DNA of 64,000 nucleotides from Spirochaetia bacterium (GTDB lineage Bacteria; Spirochaetota; Spirochaetia; SZUA-6; Bin103): assembly GCA_965203905.1 (NCBI GenBank), contig CBDBDQ010000005.1, forward strand, positions 5,344,001 to 5,408,000. The letters run 5' to 3'. The notes under the pieces were generated by a model. It was not told the DNA's origin. It saw only the letters and a list, made by a program, of their open reading frames with translations, and did no database searches. Positions 10,343-21,108 of the stretch are shown piece by piece (within the stretch, counting starts at the first letter, position 1; each line of letters starts with the position of its first letter). A program made the translations under genes and the position numbers.

Positions 10343-11110
10343 CAGAATCCCGCCGCCATCTTGAGAGCCTCCACCCGTCCGGGCGCCGCAGCCTGCGCCG
10401 GGAACTCGACCGCGCGGTCGCAATCTTCACTGACTAGGCCGTCACAGATGTGACGGCCTTCGACTGGTCGCAGATAGACCTGCAGCAGGTCGAAAGGCTG
10501 CGCTCGGCTATGGTCGACAGCGACGCCGCAGCCAGTACCGTCAACCACATGCTTTCGGGCGCCCAGAGTATGATGCGCATAGCATGGGAACACGGGCTGG
10601 TAGACGACAAGACGCGGATTCAATATCGAGAACGTACGGAACGAGGAGCCGCAACGGCGTCGGCGTGCAGGACGATACGTCAAACGAAACGAGCTCCGGC
10701 GCCTGTTCGCGGCGGCCCGGAACCGACTTTATCGGCGCCCTTCGATGCAGCCGTGCTCGCTTTGCTCTACGGCGCCGGCCTTCAGCGCTCGGAAGCAGTC
10801 GCGCTGCAGCTCGCGGACTACGATCAGGTGTCCGGGGCCATCACGGTTCGCCACGACGAGCGGCAGGTATACGCAACAAACAGCGGCAAGGAAGCGATCG
10901 AAGCCTGGATATCGCGATCCGTGGCGCCTGGCCGGGCGTTTGGCTATGCCCGGTCGCCAAGGGCGGAAGCATCCAGACGCGGGACATGACCGCTCAGGCC
11001 GTGATGGTGCGAGTGCGCAGCATCGCAGAGCAGGGAGGCGTCGACCCGGTTGCCCCAAACGATCTGCGCCTGACGTACTTGACCGACTTGGCGAGGCAGA
11101 AGCGCGAAAG
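10343..11110 (+). pseudogene. XerC/D-like tyrosine recombinase remnant, copy 1
   Basis: DAAVLALLYGAGLQRSEAVAL, CPVAKGG, MTAQAV, PNDLRLT split over three frames. Confidence 0.8.
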
Positions 11111-11383
11111 TTGGAGTGTCGCCGGTACTCCAGATTGCTTTCCGACGAACGCCCTCTGGAAATTGAGATTGATACGTCGTGAAAAAACGCCTGTATCGCC
11201 TGGCGACTGTCTATGGTACACAACAGAGTGCAGATGCTAGTCGGACGCGCCACAGCACTTAACCTGCTGCGGTCCCGTGCCGAGATGCTCCGATGTCACT
11301 ACCATGACATTCCGTCCCAGTTGTCGAACGGGCACCTGCTGCACCAACCGGCGCTTCCGTGTACGAAGTCATCCCAACAGCAC

Positions 11384-14300
11384 TTAACTACTCACTCCAG
11401 ACGGTGCGACCTCGTCTAGTGTCGACACCCGGCGCCATATGTGGGATCCAGATACATAAATCTTCCGCACGGACTCAGGGATGTCGTCCGGATCCCGACC
11501 GAAATCGAAATTTCTTTCGCCCCAGACAATCCATACTAGCGCGTAGTCATGCGCCTCGCAATAACTATTCAGGAGACGCTCCTTTATGTAAAGAAGATTA
11601 CCACTCTCAAACCCTACAGGCGATCCAACCGTCATCGATACTCTCTCGCCTTTATCATCGCACCAATCCAGACTGTTGGGTATGGCCCTCAGGTCAAACT
11701 TGTCCGCAAACGTTATAGCTGGAATCGCGCCACCACCAGAATCGTTCACGCAGGAATGATACGCCTCCCATAGATACTCATGAACTGGAATCTCAACAGT
11801 GATTTCCCTACCGGAACCGGTCCGAATGGTACCCAAGTACAACCCTCGAAGATCCTTCGAACCGCGCCACTGTCGCGCCCCCGCGCTCCAGGGCATTTCG
11901 CCAGCGAACGAGTAGTACGACACCGGAGGATCAGGAAGCCAATGGTTTCCAGGATAGCGCCGTGAATGAAGCGCATCTTTCAATTCATGAATGTCGCTCC
12001 TTCGAACGAGAATCGCCTTCAGGAAACCGAACACCTCACGCCTATGGACAACGTTTTTCTTCCGAAGAAAACCGTGGAGGGCTAACCAGTGACCACGTTG
12101 TCCGTTAAGATACTCCGACCTCAGTATTTCATCAGGGACCTTCACTAACGCCCGTTTCGTCCATGCTTCAGGATCTAGAGGTTCACAAGGGAGCCAGCCA
12201 TCGATACTTGTACGAAGCGCTGGCGGCGACCGCGGGAATGACGGATCGATGTCGATATCCGAAAGTCGACCATCATCGACATGAAGTGGCAAACGTCCCT
12301 CCTCGTGTAATCTGCCGGCGGCTTCATAGAAACCGATCCATCCATACTTCTTGGCATACGGATCTAGGTGACTCGGATCTATCCGGCCGGCATACCCGCG
12401 AGACTCGGAAATCTCTCGCTCCGCCTCCTCGAATCGGTCCGCTCGCCATCCGAGGTCCCACACACGGCCCCGAATCCAAGATAGTACTTCCTGGTATCCG
12501 GGATGATCGTAGTCATAGTTCCGACGATCAGGAACCAAGCGGCCGACCGTATAATTCTTGAAATCGAAACCGTATAACAGATCGCCGTCTTCATTCCTCT
12601 TGTCATCAGATAGGATAGGACGGACTCTGTTCGGCATAGTAAAGCGCGAGTTTCGTGCGCACCTGCTCTGACGGAAAGTGTGAGGAAAGTAACGTTCCGT
12701 GATCTCCATTATGCCACGCACGTACTCACGAATCAGGGCATGGCTCGTGGGCTTCGCAGCATTCGCGGTGTAATATGTCGTCCAAACTCTGTCGAGAAAC
12801 CCAATTACACCGTCATCAAGGTCGAGATTCTTGCTAGACTCTGCCATCATCACGCCAAACGTAGCTGCGAGTAAGCGCTCCGGAACATACGGATCGTTCT
12901 CGGTAAGGCTGGACATCGTGAGTTGCAGAAGTGTGCTAAGGTCTCCGCGACCGCACCAATACAGTGCCAAGGTCGCCGTATCGCGAAGACAGCGAGCCGT
13001 GCTAGTAAGAAGCCACTTCGTCCAGACAGCCTGCAGCTGATCCTTTTGTGTGTGAGCATGTTCGCTTCGCCACTGGTCTATATACGAGCGCAGTTGAATC
13101 AGTGTGTTTTCTTCCCGTTTCCTAATCCACTCGGTCCATCTGAGGTCACGATCAGGAACTGAAGTTTCACTGAGGATCTGATTTAGGAATTCGGCATTAA
13201 GCGGATGTGTAGGGACGTCGTGGACCTCAAGGAATCGATCGAATAAGTCCCGCTCGAACCGCGGTAGAGGTAACATTGCTATACGCCCGATCTGGGTCAC
13301 TGTTTCATCGTCCAACAACGAGGCTTCCAGATCGGCCGCGGCCACAATCGCGTCGTGTCGTAGCGTCCCGTTGAGCAGCGTCCAGAGTTGGATCCGGTAC
13401 CTTCGCGGAGTCAAAGCTGATAGGGCTGCGCGGATGTCAGCGGATAGCGGGTGAGCTTGGCTTACAACTGTACCAAGACGTGATAAGACGCAATCATTAG
13501 CAATCCACTCCACAAAATCATCCTGACTCATCCGCCCTAAGAGCTCATCAGCTACGAGAAAGCCGGCGAATGCGTCAAATAGGATCACTGTATGGTGAGC
13601 ACCTTTGTGATCTGTATCTCGGCTGAGGATACCCTCATCGACGAACGCTTGCGCTAAGCTACTCGACCAGTCCTGACTAGTGTCGTGGATCAGGGCGCGG
13701 AGTTCGTCGAACGGTATTGCTCGGCGGCGTGTATCCCATAGAGACCGGGCAATAGATTCTAGCGCGGTGCGAATATCCGACGGGAGTCGCCGTGGGCCGC
13801 CGGGACGCTCTGCAATTCGGATGAGTGCCCGGTCGCGGAATAGACGGAACGCGACGACGAGCGACCCTGGAACCTCCTCGGCTCTCTTCCAACGTACGCG
13901 GTCTGCATTCGTCGCCTCGCAGAAGATTCTCAGGAAAAGAGGATTATTAAAGCGCAGAAGGGGTATATGCAGACCACTGCGATCGATCTTGTAGTAATCG
14001 AAGTATCTGTTAACTGCCTTCGCGGTAAACCGCGAAAATCCTCGCAACATAACCTCCGAAATTCCTTGAGGTAGCGTCATACTCCTCGCCGATGGCCTGA
14101 GCGTCACGACGAGAACGACACTGGGAAAACGCTGCAGTACGACTCTCAGAGTCTCGAGCTCCGACTTCCAAGCTGCAGGATCCTCGGAGTCGGATAGTCC
14201 GTCGATCATCACAGGTAGCCGTGCTCCGGCCCGCACCGCAGCTGACTCCGCAGCATCGAGGACCTCCTCGAACGTGTTCGCCGACAGCCCACGCAAACGT

Positions 14301-15414
14301 GGCACAAGATCATCGACAGTATCCCGCCTCCCAAGCGGCCACGCTTCAAGATAGATCCCGCTCGGACGCCCTTTAGTCTCTGCGGTTAATGATGCTCCAA
14401 GATGTGTTTTTCCGCTCCCAGCTTCACCGACAACTGCGACCAACCTCGTCATGTACGTCCGTCGCATCATTGAGAATCGGCGCCGAACTTGATGGTGCCT
14501 GGAAATCGCTGCCTGCACACCAAACGCGCTTAGATGTCCCGACCGCCTTAGCGCTCGACCAAGACGCCGTCCCCTTGCGCGGGTGAACATAAAGCGGTGC
14601 TCGGCTGTATACTCCTCTGTCAAAGTCAGAAAGTCGAGAAACGCTGATCCCGACATCTTGCACAACTTTGCGTGTGACCGTACCAGGTCGTCCAACAAGA
14701 CGTGCATATCATCTCTGTAACGCTCCTCGATCTCTCCGGTCACTGTCCTCAGCTGCTCGACCGAGACGCCGATGGAACTCTCCAAAACCTGCACCTCAGG
14801 CCAATAGCGTAACTCACCTAGCAATCTCCTAATCTGCTGCTCTACCTCCACCACAACATGCACTTCCGGCATCCAGCGTTCCCGAACGGGAGCAAGCGTC
14901 CGTCTACGCAACTCGCGTAGATCATCGGGGGCCAGCACGAGGTTTCCAAATAGGTCCTACGAAAAATCTCACACTCCCCCACCAAATGTGCCTCTAAATG
15001 TTCCTCCGTCCATAAATGTAACCGCATAGTCGATTTCACAGCATAGAACCACTCTTGATCCGTGGGTGTCAGCGGTCTTCTTGTCCACAAGACCCAATCC
15101 GTAATCCCCGGTACATACTTCTGAGCTTTCTGAATCGCATCCTCGATCTTACTACGGCGACCACTACCAATCTGCCGCCCCGGAGGAAGTCCGTACCAGC
15201 GACACTGCCAACCCCAACACCTTCCCTTTTTGCCAAGAGTCGACGAGTCTGCATCTAGCGTGAGGTGGAACTCCACCCCAGGCTGCATCGCCACCGCGCG
15301 AAACAAACCTAGTGCTCCGAAGCTCCGAATGATGACCGACCGACACAGCCTCTCCCAATTGTCGGCCGGCGAACTAGGCAAACTCTCGAACAAGCCCCAG
15401 TCGAGTGCGCTCAT
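11384..15414 (-). CDS. Avs2-like STAND NTPase with N-terminal REase-like domain (about 1343 aa; one-base frameshift near 14949)
   Basis: N-term WERLC..PGVEF..WGWQCRWY; Walker A GEAGSGKTHL; Walker B VMIDGLSDSE; NPLFLRIFCE; C-term RDLRWTEW, WLLTST.R.LRDTATLAL, NDPYVPERLLAA, YAKKYGWIGFYE, DIDPS. One extra T in TATTTGG restores YFGNLVLAP and joins ORFs 14842-15414 and 11384-14938. Confidence 0.75.
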
Positions 15415-15429
15415 AGTGAGTCCCGCTTC

Positions 15430-15843
15430 TTAACACTCCGTGTCGTCTGGCGGACCATCGGGAAAGTCGTGAAGCGAGTACACCTCCACGTGAGCGCCTT
15501 TTCCGATTAAGAACTTCAAAAAACCTCCGATATCTAACTCCTCCGTTCGAATCACCACCCGAGACCCCTCAGCTTGCACAGAACTTTGCCTATTCAGTTG
15601 CTCTAGTTCCTCGCCCGACACACTGTGGAGATTCAGTTCCTTCAACACTTCCACAAGCGGTTCGATCGTAAACACTGACATTGGATCGTCGTCAAACTCT
15701 TCGTAATCGAACTCACGCTGAACGACGTCGACGATCTTCAGTATCTCCTGCGCAGCTACCTGCGCATCTCCCGATGAGACGAAGTGGCCTATGAGAACTA
15801 GATTAGAAGAGTGCTCGGCACCAAACCCATACCACACTTTCAT
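15430..15843 (-). CDS. DUF6375-like small acidic protein
   Basis: MKVWYGFGAEHSSNLVLIGHF N-terminus and FLKFLIGKGAHVEVYSLHD C-terminus; ATGA overlap with the radical SAM gene. Confidence 0.65.
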   Translation of the reverse strand: MKVWYGFGAEHSSNLVLIGHFVSSGDAQVAAQEILKIVDVVQREFDYEEFDDDPMSVFTIEPLVEVLKELNLHSVSGEELEQLNRQSSVQAEGSRVVIRTEELDIGGFLKFLIGKGAHVEVYSLHDFPDGPPDDTEC

Positions 15844-16745
15844 TCTACTAAATCCGATCTCCTACCGCGTAGTATAGCGAGTGCGTCTTGAACGGACGAC
15901 CGAATCCTTACCCGCTCACTCGAGAAAGACGACTGACGAAGATTACCTGATGCATCGATGTGCGCGTACGCCGTAAGTCCATCCGAGTCGCTAAACGGAC
16001 TCAATATCGGTATACCCTCGAGCGACGGTGTATCTGACAATGCTATCCGATAATCCTGATTCCGCTTGATCCAATCCAGAAGTCTCTCCCACGTTAATGA
16101 ATGTAACGGCTTCCGGTTCCCAACAGGGCGCTCCGGAAGTAAGAGTAGCTCGACTGCTCCAAGATCAAATATGATCTGCGCTGCCGAGTCTAGATGTTGT
16201 ATCGTTTTGTCGTTCACGACGTAGTTTATTCCGAACGGAGCAATCGTCTTAGCTAGTTTTATTTTCTCGAGAAATGCTGGAAAACTACGGCCTCTGAGCT
16301 GCGCATATGTCTCACCATAGCCATCCATAGATAGACGCAGAAAATGTACAGAGCCGTACAGTTCACTGGCTGTAGCGGATGTAAGGTGATGGCCGTGGGT
16401 CGTGAACGAAACTGCAAGGTTCGTCTCCGTTGAGAGTTTCTTACATATTGCAACAAAATCTGGATGCAGGGTCGGCTCGCCGCCGCCTAGGCCGATACCC
16501 ATGCACCCTCCATCGTCCAGCTCCATCGCCCATCGAATAACGGTTTTAATTGGTAGCCTCCCGATGTGCTTCGGGGCGTAACAAAACGAACATTGGAGAT
16601 CACATGCATTCGTGAGTGCCATTGAGACAAACCGTGGTGCTGGGTGTATTCTAGAATCCGGCACTACGATCTCGTCAAATAGCAGGTTTAATCCGCTGAG
16701 CCGGTCGAATAGATGGACTCCGTTATTATCAAGTCGTATTTTCAT
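15840..16745 (-). CDS. Radical SAM enzyme (301 aa) without SPASM/twitch cysteines
   Basis: LTNACDLQCSFCY (CxxxCxxC), GGGEPTLH, FTTHG, LSMDG, GINYVVN; C-term YAHIDASGNLRQSSF has no Cys; ATG 16745. Confidence 0.9.
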   Translation of the reverse strand: MKIRLDNNGVHLFDRLSGLNLLFDEIVVPDSRIHPAPRFVSMALTNACDLQCSFCYAPKHIGRLPIKTVIRWAMELDDGGCMGIGLGGGEPTLHPDFVAICKKLSTETNLAVSFTTHGHHLTSATASELYGSVHFLRLSMDGYGETYAQLRGRSFPAFLEKIKLAKTIAPFGINYVVNDKTIQHLDSAAQIIFDLGAVELLLLPERPVGNRKPLHSLTWERLLDWIKRNQDYRIALSDTPSLEGIPILSPFSDSDGLTAYAHIDASGNLRQSSFSSERVRIRSSVQDALAILRGRRSDLVE

Positions 16746-17218
16746 TTGTCGATGAGCGGCCAGACGGACTGCAGGATCGCGTCGTCTATCCTCAGCCACT
16801 GAGTGACGCTCTTGCTAGACGAAAGAGGCCAGTACGAACCGCTAATGTACGAACCCGGTGGCTTGCTATCTCCGTGCTTCTTAAAAAAGTGAGCGGCCCA
16901 CAACAACAGAGCGTCGCCCAACTGGTCTTGCATCGGAGTCGTGATCCGTAGTTTCGTGCTCAGAGTGGAGTGGACGGCGCAGGAGCGGCACGATCGATTG
17001 ATGTCGTCGGTGCGCTGCCGTGTGGCCGCGGTCGCGAACGACTTGTGACAGCGAGCACGCATCCGCGCTGCCTCTTGCGGCTCGAACGCTTCCAGCAGGA
17101 ACAGGCACCCTAATTCGTTGAACTGCCGTACGTGCTCCTTGCTTAGCACCCGCGGGCCGGGCACCCAAGGTGAAAAGGCGCACATTACTTGGTGATCGTT
17201 TGTCGCACCGGACATCAC
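16742..17218 (-). pseudogene. Degenerate phytanoyl-CoA dioxygenase (PhyH) remnant
   Basis: LSKEHVRQFNELG, LLLWAAHFFKK, SYWPLSSSKSVTQWLRIDDA; the HxD motif is lost and the C-terminal half is missing. Confidence 0.6.
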
Positions 17219-17814
17219 GGCGCTGATTCAGACACCGTTGCCGTGTTGTAGTCAAGACCTCCATTGCTTGCGCAGCTTGGCGCGGTTCGGCGGAAGGGCA
17301 GTCGGTTGCGTCGCGGTCGCCTCCCGATGTGCACGCCAATAGCTTGGCGTGGCCGTACTCTTAGACGTGATTGTCGGCTTCAACGGCGCGGTGGTGAGAA
17401 ATGCGGGTTGCATGTGCACAGCTGCGCATCGGCACCACCAACCCTGGCCCACGTCGAGGCCAAGATCGCCCGCGCCGGGGAAGGCCGGTTGCGGGAGGAC
17501 CAGCTGCCCGCGCTACGCAGCGACTTCGCCGGCGCCGAGAGCGCTTCCGGCGACGCGTGGACCGGCGGACGTCACGGTGGCGATGCGATTCGGTCGTCCC
17601 GCAAGAGCCAAGTGGATCCGAAGGCGGGCGTGGGGGAGCGTGGGGCGTCGCGCAAGCGAAGCCGGCTATGTAGGTGGGATTGGCTTGGTGCGTTCGAGAG
17701 AACAGGGGGGTACTACTTCTCTATGCACCAACCACGTCGCTTCCGCCCGCACGGCTGGATTGACTGTGTAACTGCGGGCGGCTCGACTGTCGCCGAGCTT
17801 CTGGAGCTGCCGAA

Positions 17815-18660
17815 ATGAGTGCCGCGGACGAGTCGGTTGCGCACAGCGACATCGCGCCGGTACAGAACCCCGCCGCCATCTGTCTCGAACGGCTCCACCC
17901 ATCCGGGCGCCGCAGCCTGCGCCGGGTACTCGACCGCGCGGTCGCAATCTTCACTGACGGGGCCGTCACAGATGCGACGGCCTTCGACTGGTCACAGATA
18001 GACCTGCAGCAGGTCGAAGAGCTGCGCTCGGCATTGGTCGACCGCAGCGCCGCAGCCGGCACCGTCAACCACATGCAATCAGGGGTCCGGAGTAAGGCGC
18101 GCACAGCATGGGCCCACGGGTTGGTAGACGACAGGACGCGGTCAAAATCGAGAACGTACGGAACGAGAAGCCGCAACGGCGTCGGCGCAGGCAGATACGT
18201 CAAACGAAACGAGGGTCGGGGCTTGTTCGCGGCGGTGCTCGGTACCGATCCTATCCGTGCGTGATGCAGCCATGCTCGCTTTGCTCTACGGCGCCGGCCT
18301 TAAGCGCTCGAAAGCAGTCACGCACCGGCTCGCGGACTACGACCAGGTGTCCGGGGCCATCACCGTTCGCCACGACGAGCGGCAGTCTACGCGACAGACG
18401 GCGGCAAGGAACAGATCGACGCCTGGATTGCGCATCGCGGCGACTGGCCGGGCGCTGCTGTGTCCCGTCGCTAAGGGCGGGCGCAGCCGGCAGCGGGCCA
18501 TGACCGCCCAGGCCGTGATGTTGCAGTACGCACCATCGGAGAGCAGGCGGGCATCGACCAAGTTACTCCGAACGATCTGCGCCATCTGCGCCTGAGGTAC
18601 TTGACCGAGCTGGAGCTGGAGAGGCAGCGACTCGACGCTTGGACGACAGGCAAGGCCGAA
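17815..18660 (+). pseudogene. XerC/D-like tyrosine recombinase remnant, copy 2
   Basis: RDAAMLALLYGAGLKRS, LLCPVAKGG, MTAQAV, PNDLR; highly similar DNA to 10343-11086. Confidence 0.8.
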
Positions 18661-19438
18661 GGGCTACCGGTACCCGTGATGTTGCCCGTTCCGTGCCAAG
18701 CGCCCTGATTCGACGATCAAGCCGGCGGCGGGGGCGCCACGCGGCGCTACGGGCGACAGAAGCGGTCCTATCGGTAGCCGCACAGGTCAGTCGGCGGTGG
18801 TCTCCGGGCGGCCCTTGGGCGCCTCCGCAGGCCAGCCGTTCGTTGGCCAACAGGGCGGGCCGGGCGGCGCACCCTCGATGCGGGCCACACGATTCGCTTC
18901 AGGCCGTACAGGTCGTGGCGCGCACTTCGGCGACGCTCGCACGTAACCGGTCGATCTCCCGGTGCATGGAAGCGCCCTGCGATTCTACTATTGGCGCTGC
19001 ACAGCTCGTCCAGGCTAACTCTGTTTGTAGCCACTTCTACCGGAGCATGCAGGAGCGGAGCCCCCGAAAAGGCGCAGACCCTCTGCACCGGAGCACCGGA
19101 CACGCGATCGTTGTCCTCCAAGTCCACCACGCCCCCGGACCCGTGACCCCAGGTCCAGCGCAGCGGCTTGGCTTGCGAGGAGCTCGTCGCCATAGCCCGT
19201 AGCGCTCAGTTACCGGTCAACCTGCGCCTATTAGCCGCTGCATCCTACGCTGACATCGCAGGCGCCGCTCTAGCCGGGTTGTTTCAGATGTAGTTCTGCA
19301 CGATTGCCCATCTAATGATCGAACAGATACGGCCCTTCACTCGGCGCGCCGGCGCCATCCTGGTGTGCCAGATAGGCACGATTCGTAGCGAGCACATTCC
19401 GCAGTCGTGATTCTGGCTCACCGGCATGTGGCTGTGCG

Positions 19439-20420
19439 TCAACCCGGCGCCAAACGCGTCAGGTAATCCGCCCACGCCTGCATCAGTCTCCGCCGCCGCT
19501 CGAACAGGTCGGAGCGCATGTAGGCGCCTTCGACACCCGCGACAACATGCGCAAGCGCAGAGTCGGCTAACTCCCTTGATTCGTCGTTCTCCGCGCACCA
19601 AGGACCGGAACGACGTACGGAACCCGTGCATCGTGGCGTCGATGCCCGACCCAATCAACAGCGATCTTGTCGTCACGCTACTCAGCGCCTTGCCGGTCGG
19701 CGACGGAAACAGTAGGCCCGAGCCATCCGACAGCTTCTGCGCTTCGATCAGCAACTCAAGCGCCCGAGTTGACAACGGTACCCGATGCTCACGACCGGAT
19801 TTCATTCTCTCTGCAGGTAAGGTCCAGACCCCAGCATGTAGACCCACCTCGCTCCAAGTAGCAAGCCGAGCCTCTCCGGATTGAGCCGCCGTCAAGATCG
19901 TGTACTCCATCAGCAGCTTGGTCGCTGCTTAGGCGTTTGACGCCCGAATCTTGCCTGGCGCACTCGCCACCTCTCGACGATGGAGCGCCCGCCGGTGTCT
20001 TCTCGGGGCAGTCCCGTTCTTGGGCAGCACCTGCGAAACGGCGTCTCCGGCCGGATTGTCACTCCTATACCCTACGCCAATCGACCACCGCATCACCGCT
20101 CCGATCCAATGCCGCAGTCGCCTCGCCGTCTCCTGCCTCCCATCGTTCCAGATCGGCGTCACCACGGACAGAATGTCTGCGCTGGTGACGGCGCCGATCG
20201 GTTGCTCCCCATAATCGGAGAGACGAACCGCCTGAACGATGAACACCAGATGTCGGCGATACGCGGATTGCGCCAAGTGGTGGCGTGCATCTCGACGACA
20301 GTCTCTGACGCCTTGTCGAAGCTCGGTGTGGCGGACCCCTTACTCGGGTCGTGCCCCTGGTGGAGGCTCGTGCGTTCTCCAGCGCCGCCTCACGGGCTTC
20401 CGCCACGCAAGAGCAACCTG
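19439..20420 (-). pseudogene. P4-type (IntA-like) phage integrase, frameshifted and 5'-truncated
   Basis: EAREAALEN, PIGAVTSADIL..PIW, DNPAG, ILTAAQSGEAR, PAERMKSGREHRVPLS, TMHGFRTSFR, ALAH...AYMRSDLFERRRRLMQAWADY. Confidence 0.85.
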
Positions 20421-20520
20421 GAGTGCCGCCGCCGGAGGGCACGGTCGCCGGTGGCAGCACCACGGCGCCGGCAGCGCCGCCGTCGGGGCTGAGAGACTTG
20501 CTCCGGCAGCACCCCGGTGA

Positions 20521-20931
20521 GTGCCAAGCCTGCGGCGATTGCGCCCGGCACCGCTACGTCGGCGGCGAAGTCGGCGCCAGACCGCGGGTCCCACGCCACC
20601 GTACCGACGCCACGGCCGACGCCGCCAGCAGACCAGGGCATGCAGGTCGCTCTGGCAGCGGGGGATCGTGGTCGCAACGGTCCTTCGCCAGCGAAGCGGG
20701 CAGGGGAGGCGCACCTTGATGGCCGTTCGCGGCCGCAGCGGCGGCTGCTGCAGTTACGTCGATCCGCACAGCGGGCGGCGCTGCGGGTCGCGCTTCCTGC
20801 TGGAGCTCGACCACATCGTTCCCTTCGCGCTTGGCGGCAGCGCCGAGCCCGGGAATCTCCGGCTCCTTTGCGCTGCCCACAACCGCTTCCGGCATCGGGA
20901 GTACCGACCACGGCCAGACGGGACCACGTGA
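20521..20931 (-). other. No supported minus-strand gene here; the coding signal is the plus-strand HNH remnant listed next
   Basis: Minus-strand ORFs are Arg/Pro/Ala-rich shadow frames. Confidence 0.3.
20640..20931 (+). pseudogene. HNH endonuclease C-terminal fragment
   Basis: GGCCSYVDPHSGRRCGSRFLLELDHIVPFALGG..PGNLRLLCAAHN. Confidence 0.8.
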
Positions 20932-21108
20932 TCCGCGCCGGGGTGCGAGTCGGGCGGTCGGGCGGTCGGGCGTCGGTCCGATGGCAACGGTAGTTACGAT
21001 TGCAGCCGGCTTCTCGCGTAGCGTGGGATAGTTCTGGCATCGCCATCCGGCGCAGCGTTCATCGCTGCCGACCTGTGATAGGATCGCGCGGGGTTCCCGA
21101 GGCGCATC

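Larger units (their letters stand above)
10343..18608 (+). repeat. Imperfect direct repeat of about 0.75 kb (10343-11086 and 17863-18608) flanking the radical SAM/Avs2 cassette
   Basis: Shared runs such as CTCGACCGCGCGGTCGCAATCTTCACTGAC, ATAGACCTGCAGCAGGTCGAA, GCTCGCTTTGCTCTACGGCGCCGGCCTT; upstream GGTGGGATTGGCTTGG also shared. Confidence 0.85.

Noticed and set aside
15840-16745. Calling the radical SAM gene a viperin or a RiPP maturase
   Set aside because: Only generic rSAM motifs are visible; there are no SPASM cysteines or short precursor peptide, and viperin-specific residues cannot be confirmed without an alignment.
17264-17818. 184-aa ORF upstream of recombinase copy 2
   Set aside because: No recognisable domain; only a short WDWLGAF segment is shared with 10205-10230; probably decayed.
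20945-20980. Short GTCGGGCG tandem repeat
   Set aside because: Only about three units in GC-rich intergenic DNA; no spacers or other support.
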